A stretch of DNA of 64,000 nt from Candidatus Promineifilaceae bacterium (GCA_046259485.1 JBJYWP010000002.1:87104-151103), one strand, 5' to 3'; numbered from the stretch's first letter, positions 8,261 through 19,620 are shown. Translations and numbers: made by a program. Notes: generated by a model not told the origin, from the letters alone.

Positions 8261-10711
8261 ATGAAATACGGTTACTTTGATGACAATCAACGTGAATATG
8301 TAATCACACAGCCTGACACACCATTACCCTGGATTAACTACCTGGGCAGTGAGGAGTATTTCGGCTTAATATCCAACACAGCCGGCGGTTATTCATTCTA
8401 CCGCGATGCCCGATTAAGACGGTTGACGCGCTATCGCTATAACAACGTGCCCAGCGACATAGGCGGCCGTTATTTATATTTGCGTGACAACGAAAGCGGC
8501 GAATTCTGGTCACCAACCTGGCAGCCTGTAAAACGAGAACTTGACCAGTTCGAATGCCGGCATGGCACCGGCTATACCAATATCTCATCTTCCTTAAACG
8601 GCATCAGCAGCGACCTCACCTATTTTGTCCCCCTTGGCCAAAACCTTGAGGTTTGGCAGGTGAAAATCGAGAATACACGAGAGCAAACGGCCGATCTCTC
8701 CTTGTTTTCACTGGTAGAGTTTTGCTTATGGGATGCCATGGATGATTCAACCAACTTCCAACGCAACCTGAACATCGCCGAAGTCGAAGTCGAAGAAGGC
8801 GTGATTTACCACAAAACGGAATATCGCGAGCGGCGGGACCACTTTGCTTATTTCGCATGCTCTCCTGCGCCTGATGGTTTTGATACATTGCGAGATGATT
8901 TTCTTGGACCGTATCGAGGATGGGATAACCCCTTAGTAGTGGAAATTGGGGAATCGGCCGGTTCCATTGCTCATAGCTGGGCGCCTATCGCTTCTTTTAG
9001 TCACCGGCTATCCTTAATGCCTGGCGAGGAAAAACAGTTAATCTTCTTGCTCGGTTACCAGGAAAATCCGCGTGATCATAAATTCGATCCGCCTGGCTCA
9101 ACAACGATTAACAAACAAGATGTCCAGTCGGTGATTTCCCGATTCCTTGATTCAGGGCATGTAGATGCTGCTTTCGAAGACCTTCGCCGTTATTGGGATA
9201 CCTTACTGGATGTATTTCAAACCGATACACCACTCGATCATGTGGATCGCATGGTAAATATCTGGAATGCCTATCAGAACATGATTACATTTAATATGTC
9301 CCGTTCGGCATCCTATTTTGAATCGGGGATTGGCCGGGGCATGGGTTTCCGGGATTCTAATCAGGACCTTTTAGGTTTTGTGCATATGATTCCTGAACGC
9401 GCGAGAGAACGCATCCTCGATATCGCGGCTACACAGTTGGAAAACGGCGGCGCCTACCACCAGTACCAACCCTTGACCAAGCGCGGTAATGACTCTGTTG
9501 GAGGAGGCTTCAATGATGATCCCCTCTGGTTGGTCTTAGGCGCGATCACCTACGTGAAGGAGACCGGGGATTATTCGATCCTTGATGCACCTGTTCCCTA
9601 CGAGAACCAGCCGGGAAGTGAGAGGCCTTTATATAATCACCTACAGCGCAGTCTCGACTACACGCTCGACCGGCTGGGTCCACACCAGCTGCCGTTAATC
9701 GGCCGTGCCGATTGGAATGACTGCCTCAATTTAAATACTTTTTCTGAAGAACCCGGTGAGTCTTTTCAAACAACCACCAGCAAGGATGGAAAAGTTGCCG
9801 AATCTATCTTCATTGCCGGGTTGTTCGTTCTGGCTGCTAGAGAGATGGTGTCTCTGGCCGATGTACTCAGAAAAGAAGATGATGTACGCAAATACACCCA
9901 GGCGGCGGATGAGATGGTCGAAACCGTTTTTGAGTCGGGATGGGACGGCCGTTGGTTCTTGCGCGCTTATGATGATTTCGGCGATAAAGTTGGCTCATCC
10001 TCCTGCGAAGAAGGTCGAATCTTCATCGAGCCGCAGGGGATTTGTGTTATGGCCGGTATTGGTTTGGAAAATGACAAAGCTCGTCAGGCGTTGGACTCAG
10101 TCAGCGAGCACCTGGCTACAAAGCATGGCATTGTCCTACACCAACCCGCCTACACCCACTATTACCTGAATCTGGGTGAGATTTCCAGCTATCCTCCTGG
10201 ATACAAAGAAAACGCAGGTGTTTTCTGCCATACCAATCCCTGGATTATGATTGCCGAAGCGGTTCTCGGCCGTGCGGATCAGGCCATGGATTATTATTTA
10301 CGTATTAATCCTTCTTCCCGGGAAGCGATTAGTGACATCCATCGCAGCGAGCCTTATGTTTACGCCCAGATGATTGCCGGAATTGATGCGCCAAGTTTTG
10401 GCGAAGCGAAAAACTCCTGGCTTTCGGGCACGGCTGCCTGGAACTATGTGGCCATCACGCAGTGGATTCTCGGCATACGGCCGACTCTAGAAGGGTTACA
10501 AATTGCGCCCGTGGTGCCTGACAGCTGGGAAGGCTTCCAAGTAAGACGACAATTTCGTGGGGTAACCTATGACATCGATGTGCGCCGTGTTGGCCCCGGA
10601 AACAGTACCCAGCTTGAAGTGAATGGGAAGCCTTTGGCCGGGGATATCGTTCCTCTTCCAGAAGCGGGCGTTTCGGCCGTTCAGGTCAATGTGTCTCTGG
10701 GTACGCGCTGA
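8261..10711 (+). CDS. GH94 cellobiose/chitobiose-type glycan phosphorylase
   Basis: 816 aa. MKYGYFDDNQREYVITQPDTPLPWINYLG is the classic cellobiose phosphorylase N-terminus, and the length matches the family. Confidence 0.85.
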   Translation: MKYGYFDDNQREYVITQPDTPLPWINYLGSEEYFGLISNTAGGYSFYRDARLRRLTRYRYNNVPSDIGGRYLYLRDNESGEFWSPTWQPVKRELDQFECRHGTGYTNISSSLNGISSDLTYFVPLGQNLEVWQVKIENTREQTADLSLFSLVEFCLWDAMDDSTNFQRNLNIAEVEVEEGVIYHKTEYRERRDHFAYFACSPAPDGFDTLRDDFLGPYRGWDNPLVVEIGESAGSIAHSWAPIASFSHRLSLMPGEEKQLIFLLGYQENPRDHKFDPPGSTTINKQDVQSVISRFLDSGHVDAAFEDLRRYWDTLLDVFQTDTPLDHVDRMVNIWNAYQNMITFNMSRSASYFESGIGRGMGFRDSNQDLLGFVHMIPERARERILDIAATQLENGGAYHQYQPLTKRGNDSVGGGFNDDPLWLVLGAITYVKETGDYSILDAPVPYENQPGSERPLYNHLQRSLDYTLDRLGPHQLPLIGRADWNDCLNLNTFSEEPGESFQTTTSKDGKVAESIFIAGLFVLAAREMVSLADVLRKEDDVRKYTQAADEMVETVFESGWDGRWFLRAYDDFGDKVGSSSCEEGRIFIEPQGICVMAGIGLENDKARQALDSVSEHLATKHGIVLHQPAYTHYYLNLGEISSYPPGYKENAGVFCHTNPWIMIAEAVLGRADQAMDYYLRINPSSREAISDIHRSEPYVYAQMIAGIDAPSFGEAKNSWLSGTAAWNYVAITQWILGIRPTLEGLQIAPVVPDSWEGFQVRRQFRGVTYDIDVRRVGPGNSTQLEVNGKPLAGDIVPLPEAGVSAVQVNVSLGTR

Positions 10712-10753
10712 TAAAAGAGAAACCCGGTTTTTAGTAGGAAGCATTAACAATCT

Positions 10754-11230
10754 TCAGGCAAAAAAACCGGGTTTCTGAGCGAAGCAATCAAGCGCCATAT
10801 GGATTTCTCCGCTGCGGTGATCATACTCCCGAAATCCACACTCTTCATACAGACGGATAGCGCCGAGCCAATCGTCATTGGTTTCAACAACAATCTTCGT
10901 ATAGGCCTGCTTAATTCCACTTGAAACCAGTTCCTGAACAAGCCGGCGAGCGATGCCCCGGCGACGGCGGTGGGCTGCGACGCTCATGCGCACGATACGG
11001 CCGATTCCCGGCTCTTCCTTGATCAAGGCCCCCGTGGCGATTAATTCTTCGCTTTCATGAACGACCAAAAAGATGTCGCCGCGATCGATGTAGGTGTGCT
11101 GAATATCTTCCAGATCGGGATTGAGGGTAGGGTCTAAAATATCAAAATGATCGGCCAGGCCGGCAAGGATCAAGGTATGGGCGGCATCTTGATCGGATGG
11201 GAGAAACGGCCGTATGATGAAGTTCGCCAT
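10754..11230 (-). CDS. GNAT family N-acetyltransferase
   Basis: 158 aa. The acetyl-CoA binding motif RRRRGIARRLV is present in the GNAT fold context. Confidence 0.8.
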   Translation of the reverse strand: MANFIIRPFLPSDQDAAHTLILAGLADHFDILDPTLNPDLEDIQHTYIDRGDIFLVVHESEELIATGALIKEEPGIGRIVRMSVAAHRRRRGIARRLVQELVSSGIKQAYTKIVVETNDDWLGAIRLYEECGFREYDHRSGEIHMALDCFAQKPGFFA

Positions 11231-11244
11231 GGGACAGCGGGGGA

Positions 11245-11286
11245 AAATAAAAAGGACCTCGCTAAAATCCTGCGAGGTCCTTTTTG
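11245..11286 (-). terminator. Rho-independent terminator downstream of fhs
   Basis: Stem GGACCTCGC (11255..11263) pairs with GCGAGGTCC (11273..11281). On the minus strand the hairpin is followed by TTTTTATTTT. Confidence 0.7.
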
Positions 11287-11297
11287 CAAGCTCTTAA

Positions 11298-13073
11298 CTA
11301 GAACAAGCCTATGACATTACCATCTTCGTCAATGTCTACATTCATGTATGCCGGTTTGCTACCCAGGCCAGGCATTGTGCGCATCTCGCCTAGTAAGGGA
11401 TAAATAAACCCGGCTCCTACAGAGGCGCGTGCTTCACGGACAGTCAGCTCATAGCCGCTGGGGGCATTCTTGAGCGTAGGATCGTGACTGATGCTCAGGT
11501 GGGTCTTGGCCATGCAAATTGGCAGATCGCCAAAGCCATTTTCTTCGTATGATTTAATCTGCCGTTCGGCCAAGGGATCAAAGCTGACGCTGCCGGCCTG
11601 GTAGATTTCCTTAGCGATTATCTCGATCTTTTCTTTGATTGGTATATCCAGCGGGTAGAGGAACTTGAAGTCGGACGGTTTTTCGCAAGCTGCGACAACC
11701 GCCTCGGCCAGTTCGACAGCGCCATCGCCGCCATTTGTCCAGTGATCGGTCATGACCGCTGTTTCAGCGCCCTGGGAAATAGCATACTCGCGAATCAGGT
11801 CGATCTCCGCCGCCGTATCTTCTGTAAATTTATTGATGGCTACGACTACCGGAATACCGTATTTCTTAGCATTGCGAATATGGACGCCCAGATTTGCCAG
11901 ACCGGCTTCCAGGAGTTCCAGATTTTCTTCTTTATAGGCCTGATCAAGCGGCTTACCGGGGACGACCCGCGGTCCACCGCCGTGCATCTTCAAGGCGCGA
12001 ATGGTTGCTACCAGGACAACGGCATCGGGGATTAATTCGGAGTAACGGCATTTGATGTCAAAGAATTTTTCCATGCCGATGTCGGCGCCGAATCCTGATT
12101 CAGTGACAATATAATCGCCAAGGTGTAGGGCGACTTGGTCGGCGAGAATCGATGAGTTGCCATGGGCGATATTAGCGAATGGTCCGGCATGGACAAAGGC
12201 TGGCTGTCCTTCAAGGGTCTGCATCAAGTTGGGGTGCAGGGTGTCTTTCATGAGGACGGCCACAGCGCCGGCTACTTGCAACTCTTCGAGAGTGATGGGC
12301 TTGCCTTTGTTATCCGTTCCAATCACGACCCGTCCTGCGCGATCGCGCAAGTCTTTCAAGGCGGATTTATAATCATGGCCGTTGACCAGAGCCAGGATGG
12401 CCATGATCTCGCTGGCGACGGTGATGTCATATCCCGCCTGGCGCGGACGGCCGTCCCATTTACCGCCTAAACCGGTGATAATATTGCGCAGCGAACGATC
12501 GTTGACATCAATGACCCGGTTCCAGGTGATGTTATAGGGATCGATGTCAATTCGATCCAGCCCAATCTTTGCCAGTTGCTCGTCACTCATGCGGCTTTCG
12601 TGGAAATAGCGCGCATCAATTGCCGCAGCGACCAAGTTATGGGCCGCGGTAATGGCGTGAATGTCTCCTGTCAGATGCAAGTTGAAATCTTCCATCGGGA
12701 CAATCTGGCTGTAACCACCACCGGCTGCACCGCCTTTAATTCCGAAAGTCGGTCCCATACTCGGTTGGCGGATGCAGGCGATCGATTTCTTGCCGATCAC
12801 ACCGAGACCTTGCACGAGACCAACGGCCGTCGTCGTCTTTCCTTCACCCAGTGGCGTAGGCGTGATCGCGGTCACATCAATATATTTCCCGCGCGGTCGG
12901 TCTTTGACTTTCGGCATAACATCAAGGTGAACTTTCGCCTTGTAGTTGCCAAATAGAATGAGGTCCTGAGGATCAATCCCAAGATCATCGGCGATCTCTT
13001 TAATCGGTTTGACTTCCGCCGCCTGCGCGATATCTAGATCGGAGGGGACAGGAAAAACACGTTGACGAGTCAT
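11298..13073 (-). CDS. fhs: Formate--tetrahydrofolate ligase
   Basis: 591 aa. PSDLDIAQAAEVKPIKEIA, TPLGEGKTTT and IRQPSMGPTFGIKGGAAGGGY are FTHFS signatures. Confidence 0.93.
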   Translation of the reverse strand: MTRQRVFPVPSDLDIAQAAEVKPIKEIADDLGIDPQDLILFGNYKAKVHLDVMPKVKDRPRGKYIDVTAITPTPLGEGKTTTAVGLVQGLGVIGKKSIACIRQPSMGPTFGIKGGAAGGGYSQIVPMEDFNLHLTGDIHAITAAHNLVAAAIDARYFHESRMSDEQLAKIGLDRIDIDPYNITWNRVIDVNDRSLRNIITGLGGKWDGRPRQAGYDITVASEIMAILALVNGHDYKSALKDLRDRAGRVVIGTDNKGKPITLEELQVAGAVAVLMKDTLHPNLMQTLEGQPAFVHAGPFANIAHGNSSILADQVALHLGDYIVTESGFGADIGMEKFFDIKCRYSELIPDAVVLVATIRALKMHGGGPRVVPGKPLDQAYKEENLELLEAGLANLGVHIRNAKKYGIPVVVAINKFTEDTAAEIDLIREYAISQGAETAVMTDHWTNGGDGAVELAEAVVAACEKPSDFKFLYPLDIPIKEKIEIIAKEIYQAGSVSFDPLAERQIKSYEENGFGDLPICMAKTHLSISHDPTLKNAPSGYELTVREARASVGAGFIYPLLGEMRTMPGLGSKPAYMNVDIDEDGNVIGLF

Positions 13074-13140
13074 TGTACTTTCTCCTTAAAAATAGTGAGA
13101 CAATAAATTTCCTTCATAGCAGTTTCAGTTAAGATAACTC

Positions 13141-13989
13141 CTATTCTTGTGGGCGGATAATAAGCATCGCAAGGCCTGAATCGCACATTACTTTTTCCGT
13201 TACACTGCCGGAGAATAATCTCCGCAGACCTGAACGGCCGTGAGTAGACATGGCAATCAGATCAACTTCATTTTGCGCAGCATAAGAAAGGATCTCTTCA
13301 GTGGCCGATCCTTTCTTGACAACTATATTCACATCAAGGTTCGAAGGCACGTGTCTAGTTTGAACCAGATTCAAATAGGACGCACCATTTGTAATTTCCT
13401 CATCCTCATCGGCTGAACCATTCGTTTCTAAAACTTGTAAAAACGTGACCCGACAGCCGAAATCAGCCGCGAGTGCCAAAGCTGGTTCGACAATGAGTCC
13501 CGCTAGATTAGACCCATCTAAAGTTATGAGGATATGGTTGATTTTTATGGGGCGACGAATAAGCATCACAGGAATATGAGCTTTACGGATTATCTGGCCA
13601 GAGACACTGCCTAGAAGCCAACGCGAAACGCCGCTCCGCGCGTGAGAAGCCATGACGATGAGGTCGATTTTTTTAGTGTCGGCCGTGTTAAGAACGGCAT
13701 CTGCCGGCTCTCCCTCACCAATAATAGTCTTCACCAGAACACCTGAACGCTGCAGCTTTTCCTGTGTCTTGCGCAGGTAAGCGCTAACATCTTCCTGGTT
13801 GGAGAAGTCTTCTTCTCCCTTCCAAGCACGCTGGTATTCGGGGCTGATTTGCGCATCGTTGTCAAGATAGACCGGGACACGCATCAAATAGACGGTTCCC
13901 ATAGCCTGCTGCGCCAGGTGTAAAGCTGGTTCCAAGGCTGACTCAGCTAACATTGAACCGTCGAGCGGTACTAAAACCCTCTTAAACAT
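13141..13989 (-). CDS. Tandem-domain universal stress protein (UspA family)
   Basis: 282 aa with two USP domains, each ending in the ATP-binding-type motif (ASHARSGVSRWLLGSV and STHGRSGLRRLFSGSV). Confidence 0.85.
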   Translation of the reverse strand: MFKRVLVPLDGSMLAESALEPALHLAQQAMGTVYLMRVPVYLDNDAQISPEYQRAWKGEEDFSNQEDVSAYLRKTQEKLQRSGVLVKTIIGEGEPADAVLNTADTKKIDLIVMASHARSGVSRWLLGSVSGQIIRKAHIPVMLIRRPIKINHILITLDGSNLAGLIVEPALALAADFGCRVTFLQVLETNGSADEDEEITNGASYLNLVQTRHVPSNLDVNIVVKKGSATEEILSYAAQNEVDLIAMSTHGRSGLRRLFSGSVTEKVMCDSGLAMLIIRPQE

Positions 13990-14028
13990 GAAAGTAAACT
14001 ATGCAGGTTCCTTGTCTTGGGCAGTTAT

Positions 14029-14577
14029 TCACAAGGGAATTGTATCACTTACCTCAAAGCCGCGCTTTAGAACTTGCAAATTACTCTCGAGTAGAGCAGC
14101 CTTACTGCTGGGAAGATGATCGATTAAAGCCTGCTCAATGGATTCAAGAGAAAGAACAGGCTTTCGAGCAAGCATAGCTCCTAACATCGCCATATTCATC
14201 ATTTTGGTTGATCCCAGTTCTTCCGCGATGGCATTAGCGGGGATAAGGACGATGTCGATATCGTTTCTTTCAGACCGTTGTTCCACAATTGAACTATTTA
14301 CTGCAAGCAGCCCTCCGGGTACGACCAAAGGATCGTACTTGATGAAGGATGGCCCATTGAGCACAATAGCCACGTCCGGACGCGTTACCAGCGGCGATCC
14401 AATCGATTCATCGCTGATAATGACGGTGCAGTGAGCAGTGCCACCGCGCATCTCCGGGCCATAAGAAGGTATCCAGGTGACGTTGCGACCGCAGTCCATC
14501 GCTGCGTAAGCCAACAGCTGCCCCGCGAAGAGCGCTCCCTGTCCGCCGAATCCACTAACAATAATTGATGTTTCCAT
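14029..14577 (-). CDS. 2-oxoacid:ferredoxin oxidoreductase, gamma subunit
   Basis: 182 aa. [19 protein letters not shown] and [11 protein letters not shown] are typical of the POR/KOR/VOR gamma subunit. Confidence 0.88.
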   Translation of the reverse strand: METSIIVSGFGGQGALFAGQLLAYAAMDCGRNVTWIPSYGPEMRGGTAHCTVIISDESIGSPLVTRPDVAIVLNGPSFIKYDPLVVPGGLLAVNSSIVEQRSERNDIDIVLIPANAIAEELGSTKMMNMAMLGAMLARKPVLSLESIEQALIDHLPSSKAALLESNLQVLKRGFEVSDTIPL

Positions 14578-14594
14578 TTGTGAGTCTCACTTTT

Positions 14595-15863
14595 TCATGC
14601 GAAAACCGGCTGGTTCATAGATAACCTGGCTAATTCCTCAGCGAGGACCTCTCCCAGTCGTTTGATACCGATCTCGATTTGTTCCGGGTTGGCGTTTGAG
14701 AAGTTAAGCCTGAAGGTGTTGGGCAGGCCGTTAGCGGCATAAAATGCCGACCCGGGTACATAGGCGACTTTATTCTCAATAGCTTTCGGCATCAGGGCTA
14801 AAGTATCAACTTCTTCGGGTAGGGTGACCCATAGGAAAAGACCTCCTTTGGGTTTTGTCCAGCTCGTGCCCTCAGGGAAGTATCTCTCAAGGGCATCAAG
14901 CATAACATTCCGCCGGTAACCGTATACATCGCGGATATGTCGTACATGATCGCGCAAGAACCCATCCTTAATTAACTCATAGGCGGTCATCTGCACCAAC
15001 GTGCTGCTGTGCAAATCCATGCCTTGCTTGGCAATCACACAGTGGTTGATTACCTCTTCCGGGGCTACGATCCAGGCTAAACGCAGACCGGGAGCAAGGG
15101 TCTTTGAGAAAGTGCTAATGTAAATCACATTCCCGCGCATGAAGCCGCTTTCGTATCCGGAACCAGATTTGCCATTGTGCTTTTCCGCGTCCAAGACGAC
15201 GAGGGGTGTGACGTTTTCCCCTTCATAGCGCAGCTCGCCATAAGGATCATCTTCAATAATTGGGATTCCATAGATGTCCGCAATATCGATCAGGTATTTA
15301 CGCCGTTCAAGGGATAAGGTGACACCGGCCGGGTTTTGGAAATTTGGCAAAATGTACATGAACTTTGGCCCAGCACATAAAGCCTCCTCCAATAGATCGG
15401 TCCGGATGCCGTCCTCGTCCACGGGAATCGAAGTAAATTCAGCCTGGTAGGCGCGCCACGCCTGGAGTGCTCCCAGGTAGGTGGGTAATTCGGTCAGGAT
15501 CAAATCACCAGGATTAATCATGACCTTGCCGATTAAGTCGAGTGCTTGTTGAGAGCCGCTGGTGATCAAAATATTTTCCACCCTGGCCTCAATGCCATAT
15601 CTTACCATGTGCTCGACGATCCACTGTCGCAGCGGATAGTAGCCTTCGGAAGCGCCGTACTGCAGTGCTCGCTGACCCTGTTCTTCTAGAACTTTGCAGG
15701 AAGCCGCTTTGAAAGCTTCCACGGGAAACACTTCCGGTGCGGGCAGGCCCCCGGCGAAAGAAATGATTTCTGAGTCTTGTGTCAGTTTCAATAGTTCGCG
15801 AAGTAAAGAACTTCCCATATTGTGCATACGCTGTGCGTAGCGGTGATTCCAGGGAGTTGTCAT
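14595..15863 (-). CDS. PLP-dependent aminotransferase, class I/II (aromatic / 2-aminoadipate aminotransferase-like)
   Basis: 422 aa. [27 protein letters not shown] and [15 protein letters not shown] (PLP lysine context) are present. The start ATG overlaps the TGA of the OFOR beta gene (ATGA at 15860..15863). Confidence 0.8.
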   Translation of the reverse strand: MTTPWNHRYAQRMHNMGSSLLRELLKLTQDSEIISFAGGLPAPEVFPVEAFKAASCKVLEEQGQRALQYGASEGYYPLRQWIVEHMVRYGIEARVENILITSGSQQALDLIGKVMINPGDLILTELPTYLGALQAWRAYQAEFTSIPVDEDGIRTDLLEEALCAGPKFMYILPNFQNPAGVTLSLERRKYLIDIADIYGIPIIEDDPYGELRYEGENVTPLVVLDAEKHNGKSGSGYESGFMRGNVIYISTFSKTLAPGLRLAWIVAPEEVINHCVIAKQGMDLHSSTLVQMTAYELIKDGFLRDHVRHIRDVYGYRRNVMLDALERYFPEGTSWTKPKGGLFLWVTLPEEVDTLALMPKAIENKVAYVPGSAFYAANGLPNTFRLNFSNANPEQIEIGIKRLGEVLAEELARLSMNQPVFA

Positions 15864-16666
15864 CGTGCACCTCCAATGGCGCTGTGCTTACGGTTTGTTT
15901 TTGTCATTAGCTCCGGAGCGACTTTGTAATCACCTAATGGGTAATAAGGAATCATGGCATCTCGTACCCAGTCACACGCTTCCGTAGGCGTCATATGCCA
16001 GTTGGTTGGGCATGTTGAGAGTAATTCGACAATGCTCAGACCCAGTCCCATTAACTGCGCTTCAAAAGCGATCTTAATCGCTTTTTTAGCCTGGATAATG
16101 TGTCGTGCATCGTGAAGGCTGCGGCGAACGCTGTAAACAGTCCCATCTAATTCGGCCAATAGCTCAACAATACGCAGCGGATAGCCAGCGAGATGTTCAT
16201 CACGGCCGAAGGGAGAGGAGCTTGTTTTCTGACCAATTAAAGATGTTGGCGCCATCTGGCCCCCGGTCATGCCGTAAATGGCATTATTTAAGAATATGAT
16301 TGTCAGATTCTCACCACGAGCTGCGGCGTGAATCGTCTCCGCAATCCCGATAGAGGCCAGATCGCCATCACCCTGATAAGTGAAGACAACATTGTCCGGG
16401 TTTACGCGCTTGATGCCCGTGGCCATAGCCGCGGCACGGCCGTGTGCCGCTTCGCAGGCATCTACATCGAGATAATTGTAAGAAAAAACGGAACAACCTA
16501 CCGAGGCTACAAGAATCGTCTTCTCGCGGATAGCCAGTTCATCAATAACTTCCGCTACCAACCGGTGTGCTACGCCGTGTGTGCAGCCGGGGCAGTAATG
16601 GGTGCTTACATCTGCCAATGCCTCCGGCCTTTCATAAACCAATTTTTCATCAGGAAAGGTGACCAT
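15860..16666 (-). CDS. 2-oxoacid:ferredoxin oxidoreductase, beta (TPP-binding) subunit
   Basis: HYCPGCTHG and GDGDLASIG are TPP and Fe-S motifs. I prefer the start at 16666 (MVTFPDEK) because GGAGGG lies 5 nt upstream; the track ORF starts at 16681. Confidence 0.88.
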   Translation of the reverse strand: MVTFPDEKLVYERPEALADVSTHYCPGCTHGVAHRLVAEVIDELAIREKTILVASVGCSVFSYNYLDVDACEAAHGRAAAMATGIKRVNPDNVVFTYQGDGDLASIGIAETIHAAARGENLTIIFLNNAIYGMTGGQMAPTSLIGQKTSSSPFGRDEHLAGYPLRIVELLAELDGTVYSVRRSLHDARHIIQAKKAIKIAFEAQLMGLGLSIVELLSTCPTNWHMTPTEACDWVRDAMIPYYPLGDYKVAPELMTKTNRKHSAIGGAR

Positions 16667-17747
16667 TGCTGCCCTCCACATTTATCCCTGCCAGGTCCGC
16701 TATCATCTTGTTTACTTCGTCAGCAATATCTGCGGGCAGGGGGATATAACCGCCCATACGGCCGTAAAACTTAACCGGCGCCTTGGCGGCTGCCGCTTCG
16801 CGTACGTCGTGCAGCATCTGGCCGGCATTCATTTCTACAACAAGGATGCCTTTAACCTGTTCGGCTAATTCGAGGAGTTCTTTTTCAGGGAAAGGCCAAA
16901 GGGTGATCGGGCGCAGCAGGCCGATTTTTATACCCGCTTCCCGGAGCATCTTAACGGCCGTTACAGAGGCTCTGGCGGCCGTTCCAAAGGCGACGATCGC
17001 GTAATCCGCATCTTCCAGATGAACTGCCTCGAAGCGCGTTTCGCCCGCCAGCTTAATTTCGCGAAGTTTTCTTTGCAGGTGCAGGTTGTAATTTTCCAGA
17101 TTCAGTGCGCCCAGATTGATGGACGTGATCACGTTATGATCACGGCCGTCCGCACCGGTCAACGACCAGTCCGGCCGTTCAGTGGGTAAATCACGCATCG
17201 GCGGCAGTTCCGCCGGTTCCATCATTTGTCCAATAGCGCCATCGGCCAGGACAAAGACCAGTGTGCGGTATTTTTGGGCCAGTTCAAAGGCTAAAACGGT
17301 GTGATCGATCGCCTCCTGAACAGTAGCAGGGGCGAGGACAATGGGATGAAAATCTCCATGCCCCGCGCTTTTAGTAACTTGATTATAGTCTCCTTGAGTG
17401 GGTTGGATATTGCCGAGCCCTGGCCCGCCACGCATGATGTCAATAACGACGGCGGGTATGTCCGAGGCGGCCATATAACTGAACCCCTCCTGCATCAGGC
17501 TGATGCCCGGGCTGCTGGATGAGGTCATGACCCGTGACCCGGCTACGGCCGCGCCGTAAACCATGTTAACAGCCGCAACTTCACTTTCTGCTTGTAAAAA
17601 TACGCGATCCAATTCCACCATACGTCTGGACATGTGCTCCAATAATTCCGTCTGTGGTGTGATTGGATATCCAAAATAAGCTTCACAGCCGGCTCGAACC
17701 GCCGCCTCTGCAAAAGCGACATTTCCTTTCAGGAGCTGTTTTACCAT
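16650..17747 (-). CDS. 2-oxoacid:ferredoxin oxidoreductase, alpha subunit
   Basis: 365 aa. [28 protein letters not shown] is the canonical alpha-subunit N-terminus. Confidence 0.9.
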   Translation of the reverse strand: MVKQLLKGNVAFAEAAVRAGCEAYFGYPITPQTELLEHMSRRMVELDRVFLQAESEVAAVNMVYGAAVAGSRVMTSSSSPGISLMQEGFSYMAASDIPAVVIDIMRGGPGLGNIQPTQGDYNQVTKSAGHGDFHPIVLAPATVQEAIDHTVLAFELAQKYRTLVFVLADGAIGQMMEPAELPPMRDLPTERPDWSLTGADGRDHNVITSINLGALNLENYNLHLQRKLREIKLAGETRFEAVHLEDADYAIVAFGTAARASVTAVKMLREAGIKIGLLRPITLWPFPEKELLELAEQVKGILVVEMNAGQMLHDVREAAAAKAPVKFYGRMGGYIPLPADIADEVNKMIADLAGINVEGSNGHLS

Positions 17748-17748
17748 A

Positions 17749-18003
17749 TCAAGCCACCTCCATTATCACTTTTTGTCGAGCCATAGGTTTGTTGCGAAAG
17801 ACAGTGATGCCGGCATCTGGACAGACAATTGCACACAGCGCACAACCAGTGCACAAGAACTCTGGGTCATAAAAGGTTGCAGGTCTGTAACCCATCGAAT
17901 TGATGTGATCGGCGACCTTGATGACTCCCGGCGGGCATGCCTCCAGGCAAAGTCCGCACCCTTTACAACGCTCTTCATTAATTATTATTCGTCCGCTTGC
18001 CAT
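17749..18003 (-). CDS. 4Fe-4S dicluster ferredoxin (OFOR delta subunit)
   Basis: 84 aa with two cluster motifs, [12 protein letters not shown] and [12 protein letters not shown]. Its stop codon lies 1 nt before the alpha subunit start codon. Confidence 0.88.
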   Translation of the reverse strand: MASGRIIINEERCKGCGLCLEACPPGVIKVADHINSMGYRPATFYDPEFLCTGCALCAIVCPDAGITVFRNKPMARQKVIMEVA

Positions 18004-18489
18004 TTACGGTTCCTCCATGTATGGAATATGGGAAAATAGTGGGATAGGGGAATTCACACGTAACTTCACGCGCGTTCTCACGCACGGTTGAAAACTTTCT
18101 AGCTTCTTGCACTTAGACCCCTAATCTGGACTCCACAGATTGTTAAAGAACTGGATAACGTGGTCTGAACACCTATCTTAATTATGCCATAAAGCCGCCC
18201 ATATTTATAGTGATGAAAAGCATGTCTCACTGCGAGGAATGTCACACTTATCAAGCAATCTCCTAATAAATTAAATTGATCATGCTCATTGAGTGAATAA
18301 TATTAAGCGCAAGACCTCGGAAAATTTGCTGTATGATCTTTCGTAATTAATTGAATCGAGGATATGTTAAACTTAATCATAGTTAAGCGTATGGTAGGGA
18401 TTGATGATTTCAATAAAGTAGAATGATGATGGAATCTCATCGAGTTAGGGGTTAGCTGAGCAGAACGGAAATAAAAAAAGGAAATTGAT

Positions 18490-19620
18490 ATGGAATTTGG
18501 TGTGCCCAAGGAAGTACGAACATTACAGAGTGAAATGCGGGTGGGGTTGACCCCCGCGGGCGTCAAAAGCCTGGTGCGGGACGGACACACTGTTTACGTG
18601 GAAAAGGGAGCCGGCACGGGTTCTGGTTTTAGTGATGAAGTTTTCCGCAATCATGGAGCGAATATCGTTTATTCGGCTGCGGAGGTGTACGGCCGTTCCG
18701 ACATCATCGTAAAAGTGGCCCGGCCGATGGAACAGGAACATAAGTTGTTTCGTCCAGGCCAGACAATCTTTTCTTTCTTGCACTTACAGGTGGCTTCGCG
18801 TGACCTATTTGAAGCCCTCCAAGAGAAGGAGATCACGGCCGTAGCGATGGAGACCATCCAGGACAAAGATGGTCGGGCTCCGGTGCTTATCCCTATGAGT
18901 GAGGTCGCCGGTCGATTAGCGCCCATTGTTGCCGGTCAGTTATTAATGCGTACCCATGGCGGAAGAGGGACGCTTTTAAGCGGCATCCCTGGTGTACCGC
19001 GAGGAGCCGTCGCTGTTTTAGGTGCTGGAGTACTCGGCACACATGCAACTCAAGCTTTTTTAGGCCTAGGGGCTCAAGTCATTGTCCTGGACAGTAATAT
19101 TCAAAGGTTGGAAGACCTGGATTTATTGTTCGGAAGCCGGATAACGACCTTGTTGGCAACCGTGGATAATTTTGAGCGCATCTGTGATTTTGTCGATGTT
19201 CTCGTAGGCGCAATTCACGAGCCGGGCCGGCGTGCCGAGCAGTTGATTACGCGTGAAATGGTTCGCCGTATGCGCCCAGGCTCAGTGATTCTCGATTTTT
19301 CGATCAACGATGGTGGCTGTGTCGTAACCAGCAGGCCGACGACTTTGATTGATCCTGTTTTCGTTGCCGAAGAAGTTATTCATTATTGCGTGCCAAATTT
19401 GCCGGCGGCTGTTTCGCGAACAACAAGCTATGGCTTGACAAATGCCTTGCTCCCCTATCTCCAAGAATTAGGAAAGCATGGTATCGTCGGTTTGATAAAT
19501 AAAGATCCAGGGTTTGCGCAGGGGGTTCATATGTACCAGGGAGATCTGGCCCATCCCGGTGTGGCCGCTGATCTCGGCCGTGATGTCACAGCCGTGATAG
19601 CCGCTGGAGAAGAACGATGA
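18490..19620 (+). CDS. ald: Alanine dehydrogenase
   Basis: 376 aa. GVPKEVRTLQSEMRVGLTPAGV and the NAD-binding motif VAVLGAGVLG are present. Confidence 0.88.
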   Translation: MEFGVPKEVRTLQSEMRVGLTPAGVKSLVRDGHTVYVEKGAGTGSGFSDEVFRNHGANIVYSAAEVYGRSDIIVKVARPMEQEHKLFRPGQTIFSFLHLQVASRDLFEALQEKEITAVAMETIQDKDGRAPVLIPMSEVAGRLAPIVAGQLLMRTHGGRGTLLSGIPGVPRGAVAVLGAGVLGTHATQAFLGLGAQVIVLDSNIQRLEDLDLLFGSRITTLLATVDNFERICDFVDVLVGAIHEPGRRAEQLITREMVRRMRPGSVILDFSINDGGCVVTSRPTTLIDPVFVAEEVIHYCVPNLPAAVSRTTSYGLTNALLPYLQELGKHGIVGLINKDPGFAQGVHMYQGDLAHPGVAADLGRDVTAVIAAGEER

